Origin: Macrostomum lignano
Lineage: Eukaryota
DNA length: 64,000 nucleotides
Direction: 5' to 3'
NCBI GenBank assembly: GCA_002269645.1
Contig: NIVC01000082.1
Coordinates: forward strand, 1 to 64,000
Below the pieces are notes generated by a model. It ran no database searches and was not told the origin of the DNA. It saw nothing but the letters and a program-made list of their open reading frames with translations. A program made the position numbers and the translations under genes. Below, in pieces: positions 50,662 through 62,282 of the stretch (the stretch's first letter is position 1; every line of letters starts with the position of its first letter).

Positions 50662-50963
50662 ATAATAATAATAATTGATTTCACCTGCTCTAATTGATGT
50701 GCAACTGACAGCTCAGCTGCAGCTATTGTGCGGTGCATCTGAAGGCTGTTCAGTCTGAGGACTGAGAGGGGGGTTGTTAAACACACCCTTAATCTCAATT
50801 ACCCCAGCTAATGCTGGCACCCATTTTACAGCTGTGTGAACTGAAGCAATGCAGAGTTAAGTGTCTTGCTCAAGAACACATATTGGTTTAAGTGGGATCG
50901 GGAATCGAACCCCCAACCTTCAAGTCATGAGTCTGGCACTCTGACAACTAGGCTACAACTCCC
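50662..50963 (-). mobile_element. tRNA-derived CORE-SINE with an (ATT)n tail
   Basis: Minus strand reads: A box TAGCCTAGTTG, B box GGTTCGATTCC, CORE-like TTGAGCAAGACACTTAACT...CTGTAAAATGGG, and an ATTATTATT tail. Confidence 0.85.
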
Positions 50964-51130
50964 TTAACTTACACACCTATGGAGATTTAAGATTTTCAAC
51001 GCCATATGCACGTTGTATGCTTTGGGTGTTTTGGGGGCTAAAGTTAAGATACATACCTGTTAATGAGTTAGAGTTTAAACTATTTCCTCTCCAACAGCAG
51101 CCATATTTACTGCTTGCAGCCAATAAACAA

Positions 51131-52911
51131 ATGGCATCCCGCGGTGGAACAGGTCTAACAGGCATGGTTAGTGGCAAGTCAGCTCACAAGCAGTTCATGA
51201 TTAGCCAATCCAAATCTGACTACGTTAAGCGCGTCTGTTCGGCCAAGCCTACCATAGACAATGGCCTGCCGAAGACTTTCCGGCACAGACTGCAACGGGA
51301 CGGCCGACTGGCTAAAGATCCGCCGCCTTCTCAGCCAGTGTCGGCTCGTCAGTCCAACAACCGGCTGGCAACTACCAGGCTGCTGTCGAGTTCGGCAGCT
51401 TTCAACGCTCCCCAACCAGAAGAGGAAACTTCCCAGGGCGACCTACTAGTCAGTCATCGCGATAAATTCACCGAGGCTAAACCGTTCACGCCCAGGGTTA
51501 ACAAAGCCAAAGGCCCGGTAGTTCAGAGTCGCCTAGTAGCTAGCGGGGTGTACGTCCGGCCGCCGGCTAAGCAGCGACGTGCCGCATCAGCCGGCAGTCA
51601 GCAGCGTCGTCAGCCTAGAAGATTCGACGGAACCTATGACGTGTTCGACGGCGGACTGGCCCATCGGGAGGCTCAGGAGCAGCAGCAACGGCTGGAGCTG
51701 GCTTATCAAGCGCAGTCTGTGCAGCAGCAGAGTCAGCAGCAGAAGCGGACAGCTAACTGGGTGCTGGATGGGCGCGGCGGAGCTGAAGATAGAGAAGCCT
51801 CCTCTAGCGCCTATAATAATCTGTTCAAGTAAGGTGGTGCTTTGATTTGGGTGGCTCCCTGCTCACTGGAGTACCCCATTGGGTGACCCCTGCTCACTGG
51901 AGTACTCCATTTGGTGACCCCTGCTCACTGGATTACCCCATTGGGTAACCCGCTACCCGATTGGGTGACCCACCACTCACCAGAGTAACGCTTTAATTTT
52001 AAAATGTATAAGCTAAATAATTTATCCCGTCATATTTTTAGCAAAATTGATGAAGCCTATTACCCGTTTGCCGAGGCGATCATCAAGGACATCACTTCTT
52101 CGGGCGTTTCATCTAATCGGTAAGACTCGCGACTGGAATTCTTGCGCGATTGAGGATTTTCTCGTGCTTCAATATTCCCATATCTATAGATCCCCCACCT
52201 CAATATCTTCTCCGCAGCATGATTCGCATCATAATGCAGAAACACGTCGAATTAAACCGAAGCCGACTCAAAGCCCGCGAAATGGATCAGGTCTGCCAGC
52301 TAATTGCCGAATATCTGGACATCAGAGATGACGATGAAGATGATGATGAAGATAGTTATAATAATAATGCACTACCGCGCTCTGGGGCGGGCAGCTACCG
52401 AACTGCTGTGGGCTTGCAGCAGCAAACTCCGCCTCCGCAGCCGCCCCCGCCACCGCAGCCGCTGCAGCCCCGACAACTCCGACAGCATCCACCACCGATG
52501 GACACCATTCATTCCTCGCCATCAGCGGCTGGTGCTGACGATGACGACCCGCCAACCCTCACTGAGGTCAGTCAGATAGACGCTGCTCAAACTCCTACCC
52601 CGTTGCCAAGGGAACCAAGGGAGCCCGACAATGACGGAAGCCGATCGGTCACTCCGCTAGACGATTTTCACGACGCTCTTCGTACTCAGATTTGCGATGC
52701 CAATGAGATAGACGAGCACTATGGCGAGGGCGATAGCGAAATTGACGGCGAAAGCGCCGAGGCAAGGCGCCGACCGAATGGCGCCAACGAGGACGCACGA
52801 AGTATTAGCGAATTTGGCGCCACGCTGCGCCCCGGCCAGTTCGAAGCGATGCAAACCACCACCATTGTGGGATCGCCGTCTAGGGGCAAAACTGTTCGAT
52901 TTAGTAGTTGA
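51131..52911 (+). CDS. SPATA7: SPATA7/HSD3-like ciliary protein, 489 aa
   Basis: Exons 51131-51828, 52042-52119 and 52218-52911. Motifs resembling SPATA7: KRVCSAKPTID, GDLLVSHRDKF..KPFTPR, YYPFAEAIIKDITSSGVSSNR and KHVELNRSRL. Assignment is from recalled motif similarity. Confidence 0.75.
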
Positions 52912-53144
52912 AAATCAACAAAACTGCTTTACATACTACTTACTACTTACTACTCATGACGTGGAGGTTATTTATTTTCCACCTAAAACAAAAAAGTTTG
53001 TACTCGTAAACGTGTAAATTATATTTTAAACATCTGTAGTTCAATCCCTGTCTGTAACAATTTTATTGTTGTTGATACGCGCTTTTGTTTTTCAACAAAT
53101 GTACATGGTCACCCCCTCTTTACCTCCTTCCCGACACTCGTAGC

Positions 53145-53940
53145 TCCTTGCTGACACCCTCAGCTCCTTGCTGACACCCTCAGCTCCTTGCTGACACCCT
53201 CAGCTCCTTGCTGACACCCTCAGCTCCTTGCTGACACCCTCAGCTCCTTGCTGACACCCTCAGCTCCTTGCTGACACCCTCAGCTCCTTGCTGACACCCT
53301 CAGCTCCTTGCTGACACCCTCAGCTCCTTTCTGACACCCTTAGCTCCTTGCTGACACCCTAAGCTCCTTGCTGACACCCTCAGCTCCTTACTGACACCCT
53401 CAGCTCCTTTCTGACACCCTTAGCTCCTTGCTGACACCCTCAGCTCCTTGCTGACACCCTTAGCTCCTTGCTGACACCCTCAGCTCCTTTCTGACACCCT
53501 CAGCTCCTTGCTGACACCCTTAGCTCCTTGTTGACACCCTCAGCCTTTTCTGGCATCCCTCAGCTCCTTGCTGACACCCTCAGCTCCTTACTGACACCCT
53601 CAGCTCCTTGCTGACACCCTCAGCTCCTTGCTGACACCCTCAGCTCCTTGCTGACACCCTCAGCTCCATACTGACACCCTCAGCTCCTTGCTGACACCCT
53701 CAGCTCCTTGCTGACACCCTCAGCTCCTTGCTGACACCCTAAGCTCCTTGCTGACACCCTCAGCTCCTTACTGACACCCTCAGCTCCTTGCTGACACCCT
53801 CAGCTCCTTCCTGACACCCTCAGCTCCTTACTGACACCCTCAGCTCCTTGCTGATACCCTCAGCTCCTTGCTGACACCCTTAGCACCCTTAGCTCCTTGC
53901 TGACACCCTCAGCCTTTTCTGACATCCCTCATTTGCTCAC
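53145..53940. repeat. 20-bp minisatellite (CCTTGCTGACACCCTCAGCT), ~38 copies
   Basis: Direct observation. Confidence 0.97.
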
Positions 53941-54755
53941 TGACGCTTTTAGCCCCGTACTGACGCTTTCCAAACAGCCTTTTCTGACACCTCATATACT
54001 ATTATGACACCTCATTTCCACTCTTCTATCTTTTTTCCTTCACCAATGCGTTGTTTCACGCAACAGGCTTGCGTTTTTCTAATTGGCGTCCATTTTAATC
54101 AGATAGCTGTTTTTGTCTCCAAGAAGTTTACAATATCTGTTATCTATGCACCATAAAAACTACACCAATCTCTTGCTTAATCCACTCGATCCGTCCGAAT
54201 TACACAGTTTTTTAATTTTCTACAAATTTATTTAATTTATGCATGTATTATTGCTGTGCGATCTATTGAATTCGTGTTGTTAATTGAGAAAAATGTCAGT
54301 AAGTACAGTAGTAGCTGAAAAAAGTTTTTAATTTATAAATTGGTATAGTCTGCTTAAAACCATTCCAAGTTTAAATCATATTATACTATTTTATTATAAA
54401 GCCGATGTTTAAATCTCTTTGATATAATTTTTCGTCTACTCTTACCTAAAATGAATTTGTTTTTATTCACCGCATAAGCTAGGTTAGCTACTTTCAGTTA
54501 AGTAGTATTGAATATTAATTTCATTACTACTTCCATTCGCTCACTTGAGTCGCGTGACGCCTTAAAAATTTTAGTCAATCTTGGCAGAAAATAGCTACTA
54601 CTAACATACTTTCTTAGCTGCTAATGGTAGACAGTAGGATAGTAAGGATAAATAGAATTCGCCTTGCTATGTATATATATTGTTCTAAATCATCATAATT
54701 GTAGTCTATTACGCATTGTTGCAGGCATAGAAAGCTCTTGAAACTAAATCAAACA

Positions 54756-57700
54756 ATGGATTTAGAAGCTGACGATTCTGAAGACTTTGAGCAGCGGCCG
54801 CCACGACTTCTTGGACCGGATGATTTGCCTGCTCAAGATACGGTGAGCATGCGTTGATTTATTGATTTTTCTTTTTTTCATTTTAGCTAGCATTTTTTTT
54901 TCGAATGGGAATAGAAACATTAGCTTAAACGGAATTGCTCAGGTGCTTCGCTCAGAACCCCTGTCTATCTCATATACTAAAACTGTAACGTTTCCACAAT
55001 AGCCCCCAGTGGGGGTCTCATGTGCTAGTCCACATATACATAACTGTAACGTTTCCACAATAGCCCCCAGTGGGGGGGCTTGTGTGCTAGTCCACATATA
55101 CTAAAACTGTAACGTTTCTACAATAGCCCCCAGTGGGGGGGTTTCGTGTGCTAGTCCACGTATACATAACTGTAGCATTTCCATTTCCAAAATAGCCCCC
55201 AGTGGGGGGGTCTCGTGTGCTAGTCCACATATACTAACTGAAGCGTTTCCACAATAGCCCCCAGTGGGGGGTCTCGTGTGCTAGTCCACATATACTAAAA
55301 CTAACGTTTCCAAAATAGCCCCCAGTGGGGGGGTCTCTTGTGCTAGTCCACATATACTAAAACTGTAACGTTTCTACAATAGCCCCCAGTGGGGGGTTTC
55401 GTGTGCTAGTCCACGTATACATAACTGTAGCATTTCCATTTCCAAAATAGCCCCCAGTGGGGGGGTCTCGTGTGCTAGTCCACATATACTAACTGAAGCG
55501 TTTCCACAATAGCCCCCAGTGGGGGGTCTCGTGTGCTAGTCCACATATACTAAAACTAACGTTTCCAAAATAGCCCCCAGTGGGGGGGTCTCTTGTGCTA
55601 GTCCACATATACTAAAACTAACGTTTCCAAAACAGCCCCCAGTGGGGGGTCTCTTGTGCTAGTCCATATATACTAAAACTTCTACGTTTCGGCAGAGTCG
55701 CGACATCTCTGAGGCAGAGGGCAGTGCCGGACCCCGGCGCTCCTCGGCATCAGCAACAACAGCGAGCGCAGCTCTGGCCCAGCCGGACTTCATCATGGAG
55801 GACTCCAAGCTGGTCCTAGCCGAGATGGCCGCCTTCATGCTGGAGGTCGGCGACGCCGAGGCCCTCACCGAGCATCTAGTCGGCGGCTACGAAGGCGCAG
55901 CGCAGCACTGCAACATCCTGGCCAATTGGTTGGTGAATTTCGCAGACGAATCTGCCGAAGACGCGAAATCGTCAATTGAGAGCAGCCTGGCCGACCGGGT
56001 GACCGCCGCATTCGACCCAGTCGCAGTGGATGAATCCATCATTGCCGAGGATCCCGTGGCCTTTCTTAACTGGCTAACTGAGCTGGTGCAATTTAGGCAG
56101 TGGCGCGATTTAATTTATCAGCTGGCGCAGCGGCATTCAACCTGCGCCTTTCTTAATTGGGCTATTAAGGTGAGAAATTGCACTATGCGAAATCCGCTAG
56201 AATAGACACGAATTGGTTTAGAATCAATCAAAAAATCACTATACAAATTATCGTCATATTGTTATCTTAAGATTCGTCCGAAGTTTTTACCAAACTATCG
56301 TCTTCATTTTCTTCGAAGTCTCCAAAATCTTTCCAAGAATCTTCTTTAAATCGCCTTAAGATCACAGTGAGCATCGAACCAAGAATTATCAAGAATCTCC
56401 CCAAAAAATCATCAAAAATCGCCCAAAAAATCACCAAAAATCTCCCCGAAAATCCCCAAGAATCGCCTCAGAAATCGCTTAAGAATCGCCACAAAAATCA
56501 CCAAGAATCGCCCCAAGAATCACTTAAGAATCGCCTTAAAAAGAACCAAGAATCCCCAAGAATCGCCTCAAAAATCACTTAAGAATCGCCCTAAAATCAC
56601 TTTAAGAATCGCCCGATAAATCACCAAGAATCGCCCTAAAAATAGCCAAGAATGGCCCCAAAAATGGCCAAGAATCGCCTCAATGATCACCAAGAATCGC
56701 CCTAAAAATTCGCCAAGAATCGCCTCAAAAATCACCTAGAATTGCCCCAGAAATTGCTTCAAAATCGCCAAGAATCGCCACAAAAATCACCAAGAATCGC
56801 CCCAAAAATCCTCAAGAATCGCCTCAAAAATCACTTAAAAATCGCCTTAACAATCACTTAAGAATCGCCCTAAAATCACTTTGAGAATCGCCCGACAAAT
56901 CACCAAGAATGGCCCCAAAAATGGCCAAGAATCGCCTCAATGATCACCAAGAATCGCCCTAAAAATTCGCCAAGAATCGCCTCAAAAATCACCTAGAATT
57001 GCCCCAGAAATTGCTTAAAAATCGCCAAGAATCGCCACAAAAATCACCAAGAATCACTTAAGAATCGCCTCAAAAAGAACTAAAAATCGCTAAGAATTCC
57101 CTAAAAATCCCCAAGAATCGCCTCAAAAATCACTTAAAAATCGCCTTAAAAATCACTTAAGAATCGCCCTAAAATCACTTTGAGAATCGCCCGATAAATC
57201 ACCAAGAATCGCCCCAAAAATCACCAAGAATCACCCTAAAAATGGCCAAGAATCGCCCCAATGATCACCAAGAATCGCCCCAATGATCACCAAGAATCGC
57301 CCCAATGATCACCAAGAATCGCCCTAAAAATTCGCCAAGAATCGCCTCAAAAATCACCTAGAATTGCCCCAGAAATTGCTTCAAAATCGCCAAGAATCGC
57401 CACAAAAATCACCAAGAATCGCCCCAAAAATCCTCAAGAATCGCCTCAAAAATCACTTAAAAATCGCCTTAACAATCACTTAAGAATCGCCCTAAAATCA
57501 CTTTGAGAATCGCCCGACAAATCACCAAGAATGGCCCCAAAAATGGCCAAGAATCGCCTCAATGATCACCAAGAATCGCCCTAAAAATTCGCCAAGAATC
57601 GCCTCAAAAATCACCTAGAATTGCCCCAGAAATTGCTTAAAAATCGCCAAGAATCGCCACAAAAATCACCAATAATCGCCCCAATAATCACTTAAGAATC

Positions 57701-59669
57701 GCCTCAAAAAGAACCAAAAATCGCCAAGAATTCCCCAAGAATCGCCTCAAAAATCACTTAAAAATCGCCTTAAAAATCACTTAAGAATCGCCCTAAAATC
57801 ACTTTGAGAATCGCCCGATAAATCACCAAGAATCGCCCCAAAAATCACCAAGAATCACCCTAAAAATGGCCAAGAATCGCCCCAATGATCACCAAGAATC
57901 GCCCTAAAAATTCGCCAAGAATCGCCCCAAAATGCCTTCAACCTTCAACTCTTCAGGAGATATCCGAGCGCGGATTCGAAGAAGAGATGAAGCACGTGCC
58001 AGCGGCCTGCGCTAAGCTGCCCGTATTCTGTCGCTATCTCAGCACCAGCCTGTCTAAACTATTAGCAGAGGAATTCGATCGCAGTATGGAGAAAGATCTG
58101 GAGCAATTGTTAGACATGGCCTGTTACGGCGAAGCTACTTACCTGTTCAGCCAGGTGCTGCTGTACAATCTGGCGCAGACTCCAGTGAACGGCCGGGGTC
58201 ACACGGTCCGGCGACTGGGGCAAGAGCTGGAGAAGGCCGCCTTGGCCAGGGGTCGCGATGTCAGCCGCTACTCTGTGCAGCTGTGCGGCGCTCATCACTA
58301 TCCCAGGTAGCTGTGGGGTGGAGCATTCTATGGCTTTTGAGTGGTCCTTTATCCGTCTTTGAATGATCCTCTGTCCGCTTTGCAGTGGTCCTCTGTCCGC
58401 TTTGCAGTGGTCCTCTATCCGCCTTGGGAGTGGTCCTCTATTTTCCTTGGGAGTGGTCCTCTACCCGCCTCGGGAGTGGTCTCCTCTATCCCCTTTGAGA
58501 GTGGTCCTATATCTGCCTTGATGATAGTCCTCTATCCACCTCTGGAGTGGTCCTCTATCCACCTGTGGAGTGGTCCTCTATCAACCTCTGGAGTGTCCTC
58601 TATCCACCCGTGGAGTGGTCCTCTATCCACCTCTGGAGTGGTCCTCTATCCACCTCTGGAGTGGTCCTCTATCCACCTCCGGAGTGGTCCTCTATCCACC
58701 TCTGGAGTGGTCCTCTATCCACCTCTGGAGTGGTCCTCTATCCACCTCTGGAGTGGTCCTCTATCCACCTCTGGAGTGGTCCTCTATCCACCTCTGGAGT
58801 GGTCCTCTATCCACCTTGGGAGTGGTCCTCTATACGCCTTTGCAGTGGTCCTCTTTCTACCTTAAAAAGGAGCCTCTATCCGGCTCTCTCCCTCTATGAG
58901 AATGGCTCTATCCAGCTCTAGCCAGCTGCCGCAATGCCCCCTAACAACCCGCAGGGCCACCTCGGCCATGCAGAGCATGCTGGCCAAGCGGCAGCTGAAC
59001 CCGGCAGACATGCTCACCCTGTACCAGCTCTACAAGCAGCAGGACCCGCCGCCAGCCGCTCTTCTCCGTCTGCCGCTATTCGTTCAATTATTAACCGACG
59101 CCCTGTTCCTGCCAGAGTCTCAAGAGATCAACGCCGAGTATTTGCATACCTACGTCTATTTGCTAGCCGTAGCCGCTGCGGCTAGAGATTCTTCATCATC
59201 CTTGGACACTGGACACAGCGGGGAGCTCAGCCTCACCGAGGCCGCTATTAAACGGGCCTCTGATATCTGCCGGAGTAATAAGCACGTTATGCAGAGCGTG
59301 CGCGACCTGATCAAAGCGCTTCGCTATCCGGTAGTGGCCTACGGAGTGCTGGGCTTTGTGGAGAAGGCCCTGTCCGATGAAAGAGGCTGCGATCTTAGCC
59401 AGGTGCTTGTTGCTGTGTCTGTCTGCGTGTCTGTCTGCGTGTCTGCCTGCCTGCCTGTCTGTCTGTCTGTCTGTCTGTCTGCGTGTCTGCCTGCCTGCCT
59501 GTCTGTCTCTCTGTCTGTCTGTCTGTCTGCCTTGTCTGTCTGTTTTTTGTCTGTCTCTCTGTCTGTCTGTCTGTCTGCCTTGTCTGTCTTTCTGTCTATC
59601 TGTCTACCTTGTCTGTCTGTCTGTCTGTCTGCGTGTCTGTCTGCGTGTCTGTCTGCGTGTCTGTCTGCG

Positions 59670-59714
<45 letters not shown>

Positions 59715-59717
59715 GCG

Positions 59718-59754
<37 letters not shown>

Positions 59755-60770
59755 GTCTGTCTGTCTGCCTTGTCTGTCTGTCTGTCTGCCTTGTCTGTCT
59801 GTCTGCTTTGTCTGTCTGTCTGCGTGTCTGTCTGCGTGTCTGTCTGTCTGTCTGTCTGTCTGTAGCAGCTCACCTGACAGCCAGTCTCGCCCCCTCCAAC
59901 AGGTAGAGCAGGCCTCAGTCTACCTGATCCTAGTTGATGAGGTGGCCACCAACCACCCGCACCTGAGGCCGCGCATCCTGCCAATGCTGTGCCGTCTATT
60001 TGAGCAGTTCCACCCGTCACTGGACGAGCTCAGCCAGCTAGAGTTTAAAGTGCGTCTGGTTGACCGATTCGTCCATCTGATGTTTGTGGGCCACGTGGAA
60101 CCCGTGTTAGACTACATGCACGGCTGCCTCACTAGCAAGCTGTCTGACATGTCTCTGCTGCGCCATTTCGTACTGGAAGTGCTGGACATGGTCGAGCCGC
60201 CCTACACTGAGAGCTTCGTGCGGCGGCTGCGGCCTCTAGTGGAGAGTCCCGATATTTACAATGCCATCGAGAGGAAGGAGGGGCGCGACAGCTGCGATAG
60301 GTTTCTTAGTGAGTGCAGGCTCGAATTCTCGTGTGATTATGAGACTGGCTTTGTTGTTCACTCGTTCAATAATTCACTCATTCACTCACTCTTTCACTTA
60401 ATCACTCATTCGATCAATTATTCACTCATTCACGCACTCGTTCACTAATTCACTCGTTCACTAATTCACTCGTTCAATTACTCATTCACTTATTCACTCG
60501 TCCCTTATCAACTAACTCGTTCATCTATTCACTGGTTCACTAATTAACTTATCCATTCACCCATTCACTTATTCACTCACTCACTTATTCACTCGTTCAC
60601 TTATTCATTCGTTCACTTATTCAATGGTTTACTTATTCACTCATTCACTCATTCACTGGTTCACTTATTCACTCGTTCACTCAGTCGTTCACTTACTCAC
60701 TCATTCACTCACTTGTTCACTCATTGCAGAAGACAGCTCTCGAACTATGAAAGCGGCATCAAGGAGCTAA
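54756..60770 (+). CDS. NELFCD: Negative elongation factor C/D (TH1-like), 601 aa
   Basis: Exons 54756-54842, 55696-56169, 57957-58306, 58955-59402, 59903-60308 and 60730-60770, phase-consistent. Motifs: [60 protein letters not shown] and [17 protein letters not shown]. Confidence 0.95.
54970..55690. repeat. ~61-bp minisatellite in NELFCD intron 1 (CCCCCAGTGGGGG hairpin core)
   Basis: About 11-12 units; the last is truncated into the acceptor. Confidence 0.93.
56370..57935. repeat. AAGAATCGCC-based satellite with 257-bp and ~622-bp higher-order periods (NELFCD intron 2)
   Basis: The marker AATGATCAC occurs at 56682, 56939, 57304 and 57561. Confidence 0.9.
58335..58885. repeat. 23-bp minisatellite (GGAGTGGTCCTCTATCCACCTCT) in NELFCD intron 3
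   Basis: 23-aa periodic ORFs. Confidence 0.93.
59410..59862. repeat. (TGTC)n microsatellite in NELFCD intron 4
   Basis: Direct observation; the ORFs read through it by chance. Confidence 0.95.
60355..60722. repeat. (ATTC/ACTC)n degenerate microsatellite in NELFCD intron 5
   Basis: Direct observation. Confidence 0.9.
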
Positions 60771-61124
60771 CATCGATAAAATCATTTCTAGTTGATAAAG
60801 ATATTGCATTAATTTTGTTACTAAAGTAACTGCCGGTGCGTTTCATAACATTCTGGAACATATATGTGCTTGTTTTACCAGCTAATAAATGAATCTTCTG
60901 TATCTTGTGTACATATATACAGTGTACATACACTTGGAAATACGAACCTATATAAAGTTGCATGGTAATTAAATATACAGTTACAAGTTCAACCAGTTGT
61001 AATTGAAATTTGTGCAGTTTGGTTGGATATTGCGTAATACATCAGCTAAACTATTGAGAAAACTCTCAATGCAAATTTTTTTGTTTGTTTACATCTAAAG
61101 TACAATAAAAATGGTCTAAATTTA

Positions 61125-62155
61125 GCCACAGTGCTCCAAAGTGACTCAATGTTAGCCACAGTGCTCCAATGTGACTCAATGTTAGCTACAGTGCTCCAAT
61201 GTGAATCAATGTTAGCTACAGTGCTCCAATGTGACTCAATGTTAGCTACAGTGCTCCAATGTGAATCAATGTTAGCCACAGTGCTCCAATGTGACTCAGT
61301 GTTAGCTACAGTGCTCCAATGTGACTCAATGTTAGCCACAGTGCTCCAATGTGACTCAATGTTAGCCACAGTGCTCCAATGTGACTCAATGTTAGCTACA
61401 GTGCTCCAATGTGAATCAATGTTAGCCACAGTGCTCCAATGTGACTCAATGTTAGCTACAGTGCTCCAATGTGAATCAATGTTAGCCACAGTGCTCCAAT
61501 GTGACTCAATGTTAGCCACAGTGCTCCAATGTGACTCAGTGTTAGCTACAGTGCTCTAAAGCGACTCAGTGTTAGCTACAGTGCTCCAATGTGACTCAAT
61601 GTTAGCCACAGTGCTCCAATGTGACTCAGTGTTAGCTACAGTGCTCTAAAGCGACTCAGTGTTAGCTACAGTGCTCCAATGTGACTCAATGTTAGCTACA
61701 GTGCTCCAATGTGACTCAGTGTTAGCTACAGTGCTCTAAAGCGACTCAGTGTTAGCTACAGTGCTCTAAAGCGACTCAGTGTTAGCTACAGTGCTCCAAT
61801 GTGACTCAATGTTAGCTACAGTGCTCCAATGTGACTCAGTGTTAGCTACAGTGCTCTAAAGCGACTCAATGTTAGCTACAGTGCTCCAATGTGACTCAGT
61901 GTTAGCTACAGTGCTCTAAAGCGACTCAGTGTTAGCCACAGTGCTCCAATGTGACTCAGTGTTAGCCACAGTGCTCCAATGTGACTCAGTGTTAGCTACA
62001 GTGCTCCAATGTGACTCAGTGTTAGCTACACTGCTCCAAAGTGACTCAGTGTTAGCTACAGTGCTCCAATGTGACTCAGTGTTAGCTACACTGCTCCAAA
62101 GTGACTCAGTGTTAGCTACAGTGCTCCAAAGCGACTCAGTGTTAGCTACAGTATT
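61125..62155. repeat. 30-bp minisatellite (TGTTAGCTACAGTGCTCCAATGTGACTCAA), ~34 copies
   Basis: 10-aa periodic ORFs on both strands. Confidence 0.96.
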
Positions 62156-62282
62156 AAACCTTTTAGTCGCAAAATTATCGTTTTCCGATGTATTTTGAAG
62201 AAACAAAATTTAGGTTCCCAACCACCGAAAAATTTGCTTTTTTTATCATGCACGAGCGTCCACCAGACATGCAGGCAATTTA

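Noticed and set aside
50905-50963. tRNA-like sequence
   Set aside because: It is the head of a SINE, with no complete cloverleaf or terminator.
58896-60448. Cys/Val/Ser/Leu-rich extensions of the NELFCD ORFs
   Set aside because: Readthrough of the (TGTC)n intron 4; GT-AG sites at 59403 and 59902 remove it.
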